Source of the DNA: Pecten maximus
Lineage: Eukaryota
Reading direction: 5' to 3'
Length of the DNA: 64,000 bases
Assembly (NCBI RefSeq): GCF_902652985.1
Contig: NC_047020.1
Coordinates: forward strand, 28,954,001 to 29,018,000
Numbering within the stretch: the stretch's first letter is position 1; the number at the start of each line of letters is the position of its first letter. The notes under the pieces were generated by a model that was given only the letters and a program-made list of their open reading frames with translations, made no database searches and had not been told where the DNA came from. The position numbers were made by a program, and so were the translations under genes. Positions 49,383-61,420 of the stretch are shown here, piece by piece.

Positions 49383-49831
49383 GTAAGTCATCAATATTTT
49401 ACACCACTTACATTGTTTACCCTTTAACCAAATATATGTTTGAGTAAACTGGTAAAATACGTGACATACCTTTCTTATTTAGAAGCTGTGAGTTGGACTA
49501 TGTTACCCATTATTTCAAGTGTGATGTCACAATTTCATAGATTGGAACTTTGGTATGTTATAAATAGAATCTTATAATTGTTTTCATTTCAGATGGGATT
49601 CATGAAAGTCGGCAATACATTTCTCATTTTACTTTCTAGATGCTTTGTAAAATGAAAACTACTTTGACTTATTTCATGAATCTTTTTTAAATTGTAAACA
49701 AATGCAAGTATACTTATATCCTAAAGTTTTACATTTGCAATAAAACATAAGATTTCTGATATACACAGTAAGAAGTTGATATAGGGAAGAGAATTTATGG
49801 TGACTTATATATACTGTGTGTGCTTTTACAG

Positions 49832-49909
49832 GACCAGAAGATGGAGGCAATGGTTTTAGTGGGACCCAAGTCTGGGATCAGCCTCATAACCAACATCAAA
49901 CGCTACACA
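49832..49909 (+). CDS. FRMPD4: Exon: FERM F3 (DQKMEAMVLVGPKSGISLITNIKRYT)
   Basis: ttttacag / gtgagt; 78 nt; LVGP..GIS motif. Confidence 0.93.
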
Positions 49910-49967
49910 GTGAGTTATCTCCCCTGAGGAATTATCAGTACCTTTGTTCTGTAGCATATACATAGAG

Positions 49968-50081
49968 GATATCTAAGTGTCTTCAGTAATACCAAATATA
50001 TTTCACAAATGGGCCTAATATTTTGGAAAATTAGCCACAAGAGTGAAATATATTTGGTATTACTGGAGACACTTACATATT
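49968..50081. repeat. Near-perfect inverted repeat (39-bp arms, 36-nt spacer)
   Basis: 49968-50006 vs 50043-50081, about 3 mismatches. Confidence 0.8.
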
Positions 50082-50330
50082 CTGACAGGTTTATTACATT
50101 TTTTTAGCAAATATACCAGGCCAGCTTTTAATATTCGCAATTGTCGTTAGAGTGTTTTGATTGGTCAAATCAGAGAAGTGATATTTTTCACTTTTATAGA
50201 ATGAATAATTTTTGATATTTCACTGGTAAAATGTAATAAATATCTGTGGACAATGTATAGTATTTGACAATGTAATTTGTATATACCATGGTGTGTTGTG
50301 TACCCAGTGTAGGTTTCTGTGGACGATGTA

Positions 50331-53060
50331 CAGTACGCGTCAGGTGGTATGGTCCCCAATCACCGCCACAGTGGCGAGGTCTAATCCCTTCCACTCACTC
50401 AGTCGGTGGCTTGTCGGTTGAAACACCGGCTGACACCGGCTCAAAACCCGAGTGTTCACCTGTTTACTGACACCGCGCGACACGGTGTGGAAGAGTGTTG
50501 GGGATTAGTGGAACAAAGGTCCTGATTCATGATTGACAGGTACACTGCCTGATACCGTGATGTGTTTGTTGGAACATACCTTGTCGTACAGTACAGGTAC
50601 TCTGTAGCTTGACTTACATTTTGTACTTACAGTATCCAGAAACGTGATATATCTGATATACACGTCTCTGCAGTATCCCAGCCCGGTGTTGAGAAAACGG
50701 AGATATTTTTTTATGTAATGAAATCACGATCTATACTAGCGATACTACAGATGTATTGTGTTGTAAATGTACGGTACATATATACACTCCAAATTATGTA
50801 CGTTTTTAGTTTTTAAATCCTAGCTAGATGAGTACCACAAATGTTTACCGGGAAATCGAGAAAACAAAACACTGTAACATTTAACGATATTTTGTCGCCT
50901 TGGTGTTTGTGTTATTTATAGCAATATTGTGATTGGAGCGCGAGCGAGTAAATCCCGCTCGGCTTTCGATTGACTTTGAAGTAAGTCTTGAATGATTAAT
51001 ATAATAATAACTTAACTAAAACAAAAAAAAAGCATCTGACACTTCTGTCTGTTTATGCCCCCATTGAACACTATACACCTGGTCTATCGTAACACTACCA
51101 TCACAAAGAATCCTGGATCTCAGAACAACTAAACTAGTATCATGAAATCTGAGACGTATATATCCTGATATACACAAGTCTCTGATGAAATGTAACTAAA
51201 CAGTTTGAACATCCTTTCGTAATATTCCGAGGTGGCATATTGAACAGAAAATATGTTATCGGTACTAGTGTATCGAGTGTGCTGACTTAACGTACATGTA
51301 CACTTATAATATGTATAAGAGCCACGATATAATTATTACAATTTGACAGTTTGAGTATGAGTAGAGTTTTAAAGTAATTTTTTTTCCGAATGTTAAATAA
51401 ACAAAGAGTTGTCATGGTATCATTATGAAAACTTGATGAAGCCATATATGCTCATGACCGCCTTTTTACTACCGGACGCTAATTATATAATTAGTATATA
51501 TTAACCCATGAATCCAGACACGACCGCGGCTCTATCACACGCCTCGGTTAGTTCAATGTACAGGCAGATACAATGTACGTATATTGTATATTTACATAGA
51601 TTCATATTAATTTCTGGTAAACTAAAAAAAATATTTGGACGTATTACCAGAAACGCGTATTAGGGATAAATAAAATCGCTATTTACCCGTACAACTGGTG
51701 CATGGCTCCTTTTATTTGTGACCAGTCAAACATATCCCTGATCGAAAAGGCCTTGTCCCCCATCACACACACGAGCACAGGTAACTCGGTCTTTGCTCAT
51801 GAGGGTATCACTTCGGGGCAAATAGAGAGCTACTTATCTCTGTTATATATGTTTCTGGTATTACAAATTGAAGCACCTTTTCATCAAAATTTTTGATTTG
51901 TTCACAAGTTAAGGGAAATGTGTGCAATTAAAAAAAATTAAGAACACAAACGATACATTTTTGTTAGCGCGGCATGCATCAATAACTAGTTGAATATCGT
52001 TTTGATACAATACGGAATACGAACTTAAATATTTACATTTGCGCTGCATTGTCGCTATATGAACCAACTAAAGTCTGATTCGGTTCACGAGACTAAACCC
52101 AAACAAGTATTAAAATGAACGTGCGATGAAAGTAAATAAAAAAAATGGCTTAGCTGATAATAATTTTCTGGTTATGGGTGCTGATGTTTCTATAAGATAT
52201 AAGTAAAAAGAGTATTTTATTTATTTTTGAATTATGTTTGCGGATGTAATACAACGTGAAGATATGTGACACGTTTCGCTCTGATGCGTTGATTGACACT
52301 CACTGCACCATTTGTGGGCGTGGTTTTAGAATCATGGATTGTGATTGGTTCGTAGCGTTGACAATATTACTCTTGTCAGCGATCAAATGTTTAAAACATA
52401 ATTATGGTTACACAATTCAAATCAATACCATTTGCTCACCCTTGAATCGATATACAAATTCTTTATTACATTTACATGTACATGTGTATAAAGCATTAGA
52501 GTTTGTACTGCAAGACGAGGTTCGGGCGTTTTGTGTGGCGTGATGCGATGGAGACAGGTACGAAAACTCTATGAGTTAGTGCTTGTTTTAAAAACACCAG
52601 AAATATTTTGTCTAAATTGATAATCATCCCACGTACTGATGCCTTACTAGGTATACTTGTGATAATTGACGTCCGTGAGAGTAATAGCAGCTAGGACACA
52701 AGTTCGTTGCCAATTAATAAAAATTACGTTTGACTTCATGATCATTCAGCAAATCTACGGCTATACTGTATTTTACGTTTTCTCAAAATGCGAAGGAGCA
52801 TGTAAATGAATTGTTACATGGTAAAACAATCAGTACAGGTAAAGGTGAAAGGTCGCAAAACTCTGACCACGACCACGTCTCCAGCTGTGAGTCTTCACAC
52901 CTTTTCCTACGATCTTAATCCCCTACACTCGCCAGGTCCCGGCCGGTGGTGGCCGGTGGAAACACCCGAGTTGAAACACGGGGTGTACTTAATCCCCTAC
53001 ACTCGAGTGACACTCGCAACCCTGAGGGTGAAAGAGAACCATAACACCTGACGCGTACTG
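50331..53060. mobile_element. 2.73-kb non-autonomous TIR DNA transposon, TA target duplication
   Basis: 23-bp TIR CAGTACGCGTCAGGTG(G/T)TATGGT with 1 mismatch; flanked by TA; splits a 66/73-bp tandem-repeat unit exactly (ggacgatgTA|TAtagtatttg); no transposase ORF seen. Confidence 0.88.
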
Positions 53061-53292
53061 TATAGTATTTGACAATGTATATATCACAGTGTGTTGTGTA
53101 CCCTGTGTAGGTTTCTATGGACGATGTATAGTATTTGACATTGTAATTTGTATATACCATGGTGTGTTGTGTACCCTGTGTAGGTTTCTATGGACGATGT
53201 ATAGTATTTGACAATGTATATATCTCAGTGTGTTGTGTACCCTGTGTGTTGTGTACCCTGTGTAGGTTTCTATGGCCACTGTATAGTATTTG
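53061..53292. repeat. 66/73-bp tandem repeat, continuing from 50245-50330 across the transposon
   Basis: Unit tatagtatttgaca...gtgttgtgtaccctgtgtaggtttctatggacgatg. Confidence 0.85.
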
Positions 53293-53812
53293 AAAATACA
53301 AATTTTCTCTTCAGAACTAAATTAATATCCCAGTATTTGTAGTAATGGAGACAGAGGATTGAATCACAATGTAGACATTTTATATAGTGGCCTTGAGACA
53401 AACATAATAAATTACTACTAGATTCTTCAATCATTGAGCTATCCTAATGCTAAAGTGTTGGTACTAGCTTCATCAGATAGCCTTGTGTTCACAGGTTGAT
53501 CAAGTTATCCTGTTTAAAAGACAGGGTAATCATATTATACATAACCAAGTCCATCTGGTATAGGTACCGTTACGTAACGTTACATAATAATTAAAATTAC
53601 ATTATATCCTATTGTCTTTTCGGGGCATAAAAAACAAGGGAGGTAATTCAGTAGAATTGGAGAATTTGGAAGAGAAAGACATTTCACAAAGTGTGTATGC
53701 CATTTTGATAAGATTAGGTGCAAGAATAATGATCTTTTATCCTCCAATGATATTTTTTTTTACAGAATATCGCACCTTGACTGAAATTAATTGATCTCTT
53801 ACACAAAAATAT

Positions 53813-54343
53813 ATTTTTTTAGGTCACCTGAGACAAAGTCTCAGTTGAATTATTGTGATCGCATTTTGTCAGCGCGTGCGTCGTAAACAATTTACATTTT
53901 CAACTTCTTCTCAATTACCAACAGGCCCAGAGACCTGATATTGGGTCTGTAGCATGATGGGATGAAGGGCTACGAAGTTTGTTCAAATGGATGACCTTGA
54001 CCTCAAGGTCACAGGGGTCAAATATGCTTAAATCTTTGAACGACTTCTTCTTGATAACCAAAAGGCCCAGAGACCTGATATTGGGTCTGTAGCATGATAG
54101 GATGAAGGGCTACCAAGTTTGTTCAAATGGATTACCTTGACCTTCATTCAAGGTCACAGGGGTCAAATATGCTTAAATTTTTGAACGACTTCTTCTTGAT
54201 AACCAAAAGGCGCAGAGACCCAATATCAGGTTGAAGCATGTTCAAATGGATGACCTTGACCTTTGTTCAAAGCCACAGGGAGCCAAATGTGCTTACATAT
54301 ATCAAAACTCAGTTGACCGTTAAGGCCCAGGGGCCTCTTGTTT
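53813..54343 (+). mobile_element. Non-autonomous Helentron-type element with 2-3 internal ~140-150-bp repeats
   Basis: ttttaggtcacctgagac...gtctcag start; internal repeat ggcccagagacctgatattggg...; 3' cagttgacc + aggccc..gggcct palindrome + T run. Confidence 0.75.
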
Positions 54344-54539
54344 TCTTTTAGTATATCTTCTTTTTTTTCTGTGAGTTTGATCAAGATGTTCTTCCATATA
54401 CCTCACAGGGATATTTTATTTTGTCAACAAATGACATTCTATAATCATAGTTATAAAAATGGGTTGAATTCTGTCAAATAGCAGCTGAACTCGAACTTTC
54501 TTTACTCCGGATTATAAACACAATGGATGTCATTTATAG

Positions 54540-54647
54540 TTATCCATGCTGGCCGACTTCAGTGAGATCGAGAAGATCAAAGTTTCCAAGGAGAAGGATA
54601 ATAACATGCAGAGAGTAGAGGTCACTGTCAAAGGCAAGGAAGCTGGG
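54540..54647 (+). CDS. FRMPD4: Exon: FERM F3 (LSMLADFSEIEKIKVSKEKDNNMQRVEVTVKGKEAG)
   Basis: tttatag / gtaagc; 108 nt; LADFS motif. Confidence 0.92.
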
Positions 54648-55192
54648 GTAAGCCTTTGTCAAGTTTCAGCTAGATTTAATGATGTCAAAATCAAGTAGAC
54701 TGTATATTAACTTGTAGACTGTGTGACATTCCAGACCATCTCTGTTCAACAATGTCTGTTAGGTCCAGATTGTCATCGACTGGAGGATTACACTAAAGTT
54801 GTGGGATAATACATACCAAATAAAAGAGGTTTAAACATATCACAGGCATTTGGTTGTCTCTTTGTCTAGAGCTGGTAAAATATTACAAAAATAAACGATG
54901 CAAATTCACTGCTCTTTTGCTAGAAAGGCAGTAGGCACTATTGATTATTGTCGGTATTACACGAGAAGTCTTCTAGGAATTTTTTTTTGATATTTTGATG
55001 TTGCTGCGCTGGGACATCAACATCAAGTTTTACACATAAAATGCTAATAAATCTAGTAACAACTTTGTGTGTATGGTCCTTTTAATTATAGAGCTAGACT
55101 ACATAAAAGTGAGTTATTGAGGTTTTGTGATAGTACTTTTTCCATGATTGCAGTCTCCACAAAATTTTACATGCTTTCACTTAATCCACTAG

Positions 55193-55328
55193 ATGCTAAA
55201 CCTCGGCCTGCTGAAAGATGATGTTCAGAACTTTGTTGGAATTGTGGAGGGATACTATCGTATTTTTGTGGACACAGATGCCTGCCTAGTGGAGAAACCT
55301 GCCAGCAAACAGACAGGCGACCCTGATG
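55193..55328 (+). CDS. FRMPD4: Exon: FERM F3 end (MLNLGLLKDDVQNFVGIVEGYYRIFVDTD...)
   Basis: ccactag / G|gtcagt; GYYR..VD motif; phases 0/1. Confidence 0.9.
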
Positions 55329-55867
55329 GTCAGTTTAGGGTGACCGTTATACATATTATTTATATGGGGAGGGAGTTTTGAACATAAAGGTCAAATAGGC
55401 CTATAGCTAGTTAAGTATACACTAAAATATGGAGATATCAAGTTTGACTGTGGTGATATTCTGGTGTATCTGTTTTGATTTTGGATGATACTCTGATAAA
55501 TTTTGAAGAAAAACCTTTCAGACAGAGTAAGCTAATTATTGATGTGATAGTAATATTCTCTTTGTTCTTTACATCCTTAAATGGCCATAGATGTTAATAG
55601 GATGATAAAGCAATACAAAACCAAGCTACAGTTCTTTACCATCCTTAAATGACCGTAGATGTTAATAGGATGTTATACAATACAAAACCAGGCTGTAATA
55701 GTTCTTTACATCACTCATACCCATGTAGGAGATACTGAACCCTCCATAACACTTGGCCTTATCCTCCTTTAATTGTTTCGATTGGTTCCATATAAGTGCT
55801 TCCTTTGTACATAATTTGCATGGTTTAGGGATTAATGGTCATATTCTGTTGATTTTGACTGTTACAG

Positions 55868-56055
55868 TACCCCCCTACACCAGTAAACATAAAGTTCTAA
55901 CCACTCCATGGAGTTATCCGGAAGACATTGTATCACAGACTTTGACGGAACAAATCACCGAGAACGAACGCCTCATTGACCTCTGTCAGGGACCACCTGC
56001 CTACGAGGATGATGAGGAATACATCAATCGCATCAAAATTGACCTCGGCATTAAG
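55868..56055 (+). CDS. FRMPD4: Exon: post-FERM (VPPYTSKHKVLTTPWSYP...PPAY...LGIK)
   Basis: gttacag / AAG|gtagga; phases 1/0. Confidence 0.85.
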
Positions 56056-56095
56056 GTAGGACTGATCACTCCATGACAATAGAAGAATTACAACC

Positions 56096-56258
56096 ATGAA
56101 TGTAGGGAGGATAACTCTCAATGAATGTATGGGAGATCACTCTCTATGAATGTAGGGGAGATAATTCTTAATGTAGGGAGGATAACTCTCAATGAATGTA
56201 TGATAGATCACTCTTAATGCAGGGGAGATAATTCTTAATGTAGGGGAGATAACTCTCT
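56096..56258. repeat. Degenerate ~20-25-bp tandem repeat
   Basis: Unit atgtagggaggataactctcaatga. Confidence 0.7.
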
Positions 56259-56563
56259 ATTAAGGAGGAAGATATTCCCTTTTGTGTACACTGTAGCTAA
56301 TCTGAATTGTCAAATTATAATAATTTTGATAATAAAAAATTTAATTTCAGTTGACCCATTGAGACTATTTTCAAAGTATCTGCATGTCATAGACACTCAA
56401 TAAGTAAGGCACCTAATGTGAAGTGTATTATAATTTAACTATGGACTGTGTTTCTTTAAGAATAAAATTCTGTCAATGGATAATATATTCTTTTGTCATA
56501 AGCTAAACAATTCATTTAGGTTACAAAAAACAATAAAGATTTTATGATACATAACATTTGTAG

Positions 56564-57038
56564 AAGGGTGAGGTGAATGAAGACGATGCAGTTATCTCCC
56601 TTGTGGAAGAGCAAGGAACTGACTTGGTGGATGGAACGGAGACAAGTATCAACAAAAGTGTGATAATAATAGGAAAGAGACCTGAAAATAATAACAAGGC
56701 CATACGCCGACAGGGGCCCCAGGAAGGGGGAGATATTCCTAAATCAAAGAAACCCAAGACATCCATTCCTGAGTTAGGACAGAATGGACATGTGTATCAT
56801 AATGGTGATATTTATGATGAAATCCATGACCAAAAAACAGTTGTCAGTGGTGATGAACTCTCCGATACGGACAGTGGGGTGGAGTCGGAGAGAAAGATAA
56901 CCCTGGAGGACCCTCCTACTCCTGAGTCTGGGGTTCCTGGTGGGCAGGGTGACCAAGGAGGTAGTGATACGGACAGCTGGGGCACACCTGTAAATAATCC
57001 TGACAAAGGTAGAGCACAGCCGCAATCACTCCCTATAT
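56564..57038 (+). CDS. FRMPD4: Exon: acidic, probably disordered region
   Basis: tttgtag acceptor, 158 open codons, T|gtgagt donor; phases 0/1. Confidence 0.85.
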
Positions 57039-57125
57039 GTGAGTACTAATCCACACTGCACTGTAGGATTTATTGTTACAGAAGGACAGAGTGTGTCATT
57101 ATAGGTATATTTAATTACATTAAAG

Positions 57126-59890
57126 GGTATTTACTGTAGTGGGGTACAGGGAGGGGTGTGTCACTGTAGTGGGGTACAGGGAGGGGTGTATTACTGTAGT
57201 GGGGTACAGGGAGGGGTGTATTACTGTACTGGGGTACAGGGAGGGATGTATTACTGTAGTGGGGTACAATGAGGAGTGTGTCACTGTAGTGGGGTACAGG
57301 GAGGGGTGTATTACTGTAGTGGGGTACAGGGAGGGGTGTATTACTGTAGTGGGGTACAGGGAGGGGTGTATCACTGTAGTGGGGTACAGGGAGGAGTGTA
57401 TTACTGTAGTGGGGTACAGGGAGGGGTGTATTACTGTAGTGGGGTACAGGGAGGGGTGTGTTACTGTAGTGGGGTACAGGGAGGGGTGTATTACTGTAGT
57501 GGGGTACAGGGAGGGGTGTATTACTGTACTGGGGTACAGGGAGGGGTGTATTACTGTACTGGGGTACAGGGAGGGGTGTATCACTGTAGTGGGGTACAGG
57601 GAGGAGTGTATTACTGTAGTGGGGTACAGGGAGGGGTGTGTCACTGTAGTGGGGTACAGGGAGGGGTGTGTCACTGTAGTGGGGTACAGGGAGGGGTGTG
57701 TCACTGTAGTGGGGTATACGGAGGGGTGTATCACTGTAGTGGGGTACAGGGAGGAGTGTATTACTGTAGTGGGGAATAAGGAGGGGTGTATTACTGTAGT
57801 GGGGTACAGGGAGGGGTGTATCACTGTAGTGGGGTACAGGGAGGGGTGTATCACTGTAGTGGGGTACATGGAGGTGTGTATTACTGTAGTGGGATACAGG
57901 GAGGGGTGTGTCACTGTAGTGGGGTACAGGGAGGGGTGTGTCACTGTAGTGGGGTATACGGAGGGGTGTATCACTGTAGTGGGGTACAGGGAGGGGTGTA
58001 TCACTGTAGTGGGGTAAACAGAGGGGTGTATCACTGTAGTGGGGTACAGGGAGGGGTGTATTACTGTAGTGGGGTACAGGGAGGGGTGTGTTACTGTAGT
58101 GGGGTACAGGGAGGGGTGTATTACTGTAGTGGGGTACAGGGAGGGGTGTATTACTGTACTGGGGTACAGGGAGGGGTGTATTACTGTACTGGGGTACAGG
58201 GAGGGGTGTATTACTGTACTGGGGTACAGGGAGGGGTGTATCACTGTAGTGGGGTACAGGGAGGAGTGTATTACTGTAGTGGGGTACAGGGAGGGGTGTG
58301 TCACTGTAGTGGGGTACAGGGAGGGGTGTGTCACTGTAGTGGGGTACAGGGAGGAGTGTGTCACTGTAGTGGGGTACATGGAGGTGTGTATTACTGTAGT
58401 GGAGTACAGGGAGGGGTGTATCACTGTAGTGGGGTACAGGGAGGGGTGTATTACTGTAGTGGGGTACAGGGAGGGGTGTATTACTAGTGGGGTACAGGGA
58501 GGAGTGTGTCACTGTAGTGGGGTACATGGAGGTGTGTATTACTGTAGTGGGGTACAGGGAGGGGTGTATTACTAGTGGGGTACAGGGAGGGGTGTGTTAC
58601 TGTAGTGGGGTACAGGGAGGGGTGTGTCACTGTAGTGGGGTACAGGGAGGGGTGTATTACTGTATTGGGGTACAGGGAGGGGTGTGTCACTGTAGTGGGG
58701 TACAGGGAGGGGTGTATCACTGTAGTGGGGTACAGGGAGGGGTGTATCACTGTAGTGGGGTACATGGAGGTGTGTGTCACTGTAGTGGGGTACAGGGAGG
58801 GGTGTATTACTGTAGTGGGGTACAGGGAGGGGTGTATTACTGTAGTGGGGTACAGGGAGGGGTGTGTCACTGTAGTGGGGTACAGGGAGGAGTGTGTCAC
58901 TGTAGTGGGGTACAGGGAGGGGTGTATTACTGTAGTGGGGTACAGGGAGGGGTGTGTCACTGTAGTGGGGTACAGGGAGGAGTGTGTCACTGTAGTGGGG
59001 TACAGGGAGGGGTGTATCACTGTAGTGGGGTACAGGGAGGGGTGTATTACTGTAGTGGGGTACAGGGAGGGGTGTATTACTGTAGTGGGGTACAGGGAGG
59101 GGTGTGTCACTGTAGTGGGGTACAGGGAGGGGTGTGTCACTGTAGTGGGGTACAGGGAGGAGTGTGTCACTGTAGTGGGGAATAAGGAGGGGTGTATTAC
59201 TGTAGTGGGGTACAGGGAGGAGTGTGTCACTGTAGTGGGGTACAGGGAGGGGTGTATTACTGTAGTGGGGTACAGGGAGGTGTGTATTACTGTAGTGGGG
59301 TACATGGAGGGGTGTATTACTGTAGTGGGGTACAGGGAGGGGTGTATCACTGTAGTGGGGTACAGGGAGGAGTGTGTCACTGTAGTGGGGTACATGGAGG
59401 TGTGTATTACTGTAGTGGGGTACAGGGAGGGGTGTGTCACTGTAGTGGGGTACAGGGAGGGGTGTATTACTGTAGTGAGGTACAGGGAGGGGTGTATCAC
59501 TGTAGTGGGGAATAAGGAGGGGTGTATTACTGTAGTGGGGTACAGGGAGGAGTGTATTACTGTAGTGGGGTACAGGGAGGGGTGTAACACTGTAGTGGGG
59601 TACAATGAGGTGTGTATTACTGTAGTGGGGTACAAGGAGGGGTGTATTACTGCAGTGGGGTACAGTGATGGGTGTATTACTGTAGTGGGGTACAGGGAGG
59701 GGTGTATTACTGTAGTGGGATACAATGAGGTGTGTATTACTGTAGTGGGGTACAGGGAGGGGTGTATTACTGTAGTGGGGTACAGGGAGGGGTGTATTAC
59801 TGTAGTGGGGTACAGTGAGGGGTGTATTACTGTAGTGGGGTACAGGGAGGGGTGTATCACTGTAGTGGGGAATAAGGAGGTGTGTATCAT
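57126..59890. repeat. 30-bp G-rich minisatellite, ~92 copies
   Basis: Unit gaggggtgtattactgtagtggggtacagg. Confidence 0.97.
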
Positions 59891-60965
59891 TGCAGGTATA
59901 TCTAAGAGCTGTTTTACAGTTCGGTCGGGAAGGTTGACATATTTTGTACTGGTCACATATTGCACTCTCTAACCCAAATATATTGCTTTATATGACAGAT
60001 ATCTAACAGAGTCACGATCATATTTATTTGTAGGTTTCAGGAAGATTGCTTTAATAACTGAAAATATTGTCTTTCCTGCTTGAAGCCTTGAAGAGTTTTC
60101 TAAATCTCAATACAGCAATTGAATAGAAATACAATTATAACCAAGACAATTGATAAAGCTCACAATGACCCCCAAGGAGCCCAACTCTTCAGCAATATAT
60201 GTTTATGGTCATTGCCGTTCAAGTGAAATGCTACTCTCCTTTCCAGTAAATCATGATAACATGCTTAAATACAGGTCTCAGAATCACAAATCATCTTCTG
60301 TTATTTAACTACATTATCTCCGATGGTTGGCACCAAGTTTCCTCTGTGAACTTAATTAAGTTTCCCCAGATACATTACCATGACTAATACCAAAATCTAA
60401 TTCATCTGGGTTCTCATGTGGTTCAATACAAAACAGGATATGATTGGATGTGTAATTTAAGGCTTGAAAACAATGGAATATTGTTTGGTTTAATGTATTG
60501 TTTATCTATCACGAAATGGTTTCTTATATAGTACCATACATATAAAATAATTCCTCTCCCCTAGTGGAAAAGTAAAGTACCATATTTATCCCTAAATAAA
60601 CTCAATTCCTTAATGTACAAAAGTTCTAACACACACACACACACACACACACACCCTTATCCCTAGTATAAAAGTTTAGTACCATATTTATCTTCTAATA
60701 ACCCCCTCACCTAGTGTTTAAGTTTAGCACCATATTCATCCTCAACTAAGCCTCCTCACTCAGGGTAAAAGTTTAGTATTAAAGTTTAGGGAAGGGCTTT
60801 AATTTGTGAATCACTTTTAACTTACTATTTAAATTATTTTTTCTTCAAAGATGAAGAATGGGGCTTATTTGTCGGCAGGAGCTTATATGGAATTGATCCT
60901 AATCAATGATACCCCTATGTATCTATGCTTGTCTTTCAGCTCCACTGTTCCTTTTTATCTTACAG

Positions 60966-61151
60966 TTGATGGAGAGAGTTTTGGTCTTCATAGTCCAGAT
61001 GTGTTACCTCGGTCTGAGTCTGATTTCCAGGCGATTGCCTCAAGCTTTGGGTTGCTAAGTCCTGATAAGATCCCACCAGGAATAGAGGAAGGAATTCTTG
61101 ATCCTCGCATGTTTTCTCAGCGCCAGCTTTACATAGATCCAGATATCATAG
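60966..61151 (+). CDS. FRMPD4: Exon: DGESFGLHSPD...SFGLLSPD...YIDPDII
   Basis: Long pyrimidine tract + tacag; G|gtaagg; phases 1/1; ends at what resembles the start of the FRMPD DIIDLT motif. Confidence 0.85.
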
Positions 61152-61396
61152 GTAAGGGCAGGTCACTGCTGATCTTCACATTAATTCTCATTGTCACCGA
61201 AATTAATCCTGATATAATTGATAAGGGGAGATCACTGTTTATCCTCACATTTTTCCAGTGCCATCTATATTAATTCAGATATAAAGGGGAGATCACTCTT
61301 TATAATGGAAAGTTATGTAAATGTAGAGCTATGGTAGATTGAATTTTCTTTTCTGCTCAGTTGATAGAATATGACATGTTCACCATTTTGTTTTAG

Positions 61397-61420
61397 CTTC
61401 ATGTAAATCTGAAATGATTG
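61397..61420 (+). CDS. Candidate 24-nt frame-preserving microexon (ASCKSEMI)
   Basis: ttttgttttag|cttcatgtaaatctgaaatgattg|gtaagt; phase 1/1, no in-frame stop. Confidence 0.5.

Noticed and set aside
57115-59972. Extensin-like and other repetitive ORFs on both strands
   Set aside because: A 30-bp unit lacking stops in most frames gives ORFs everywhere; intronic.
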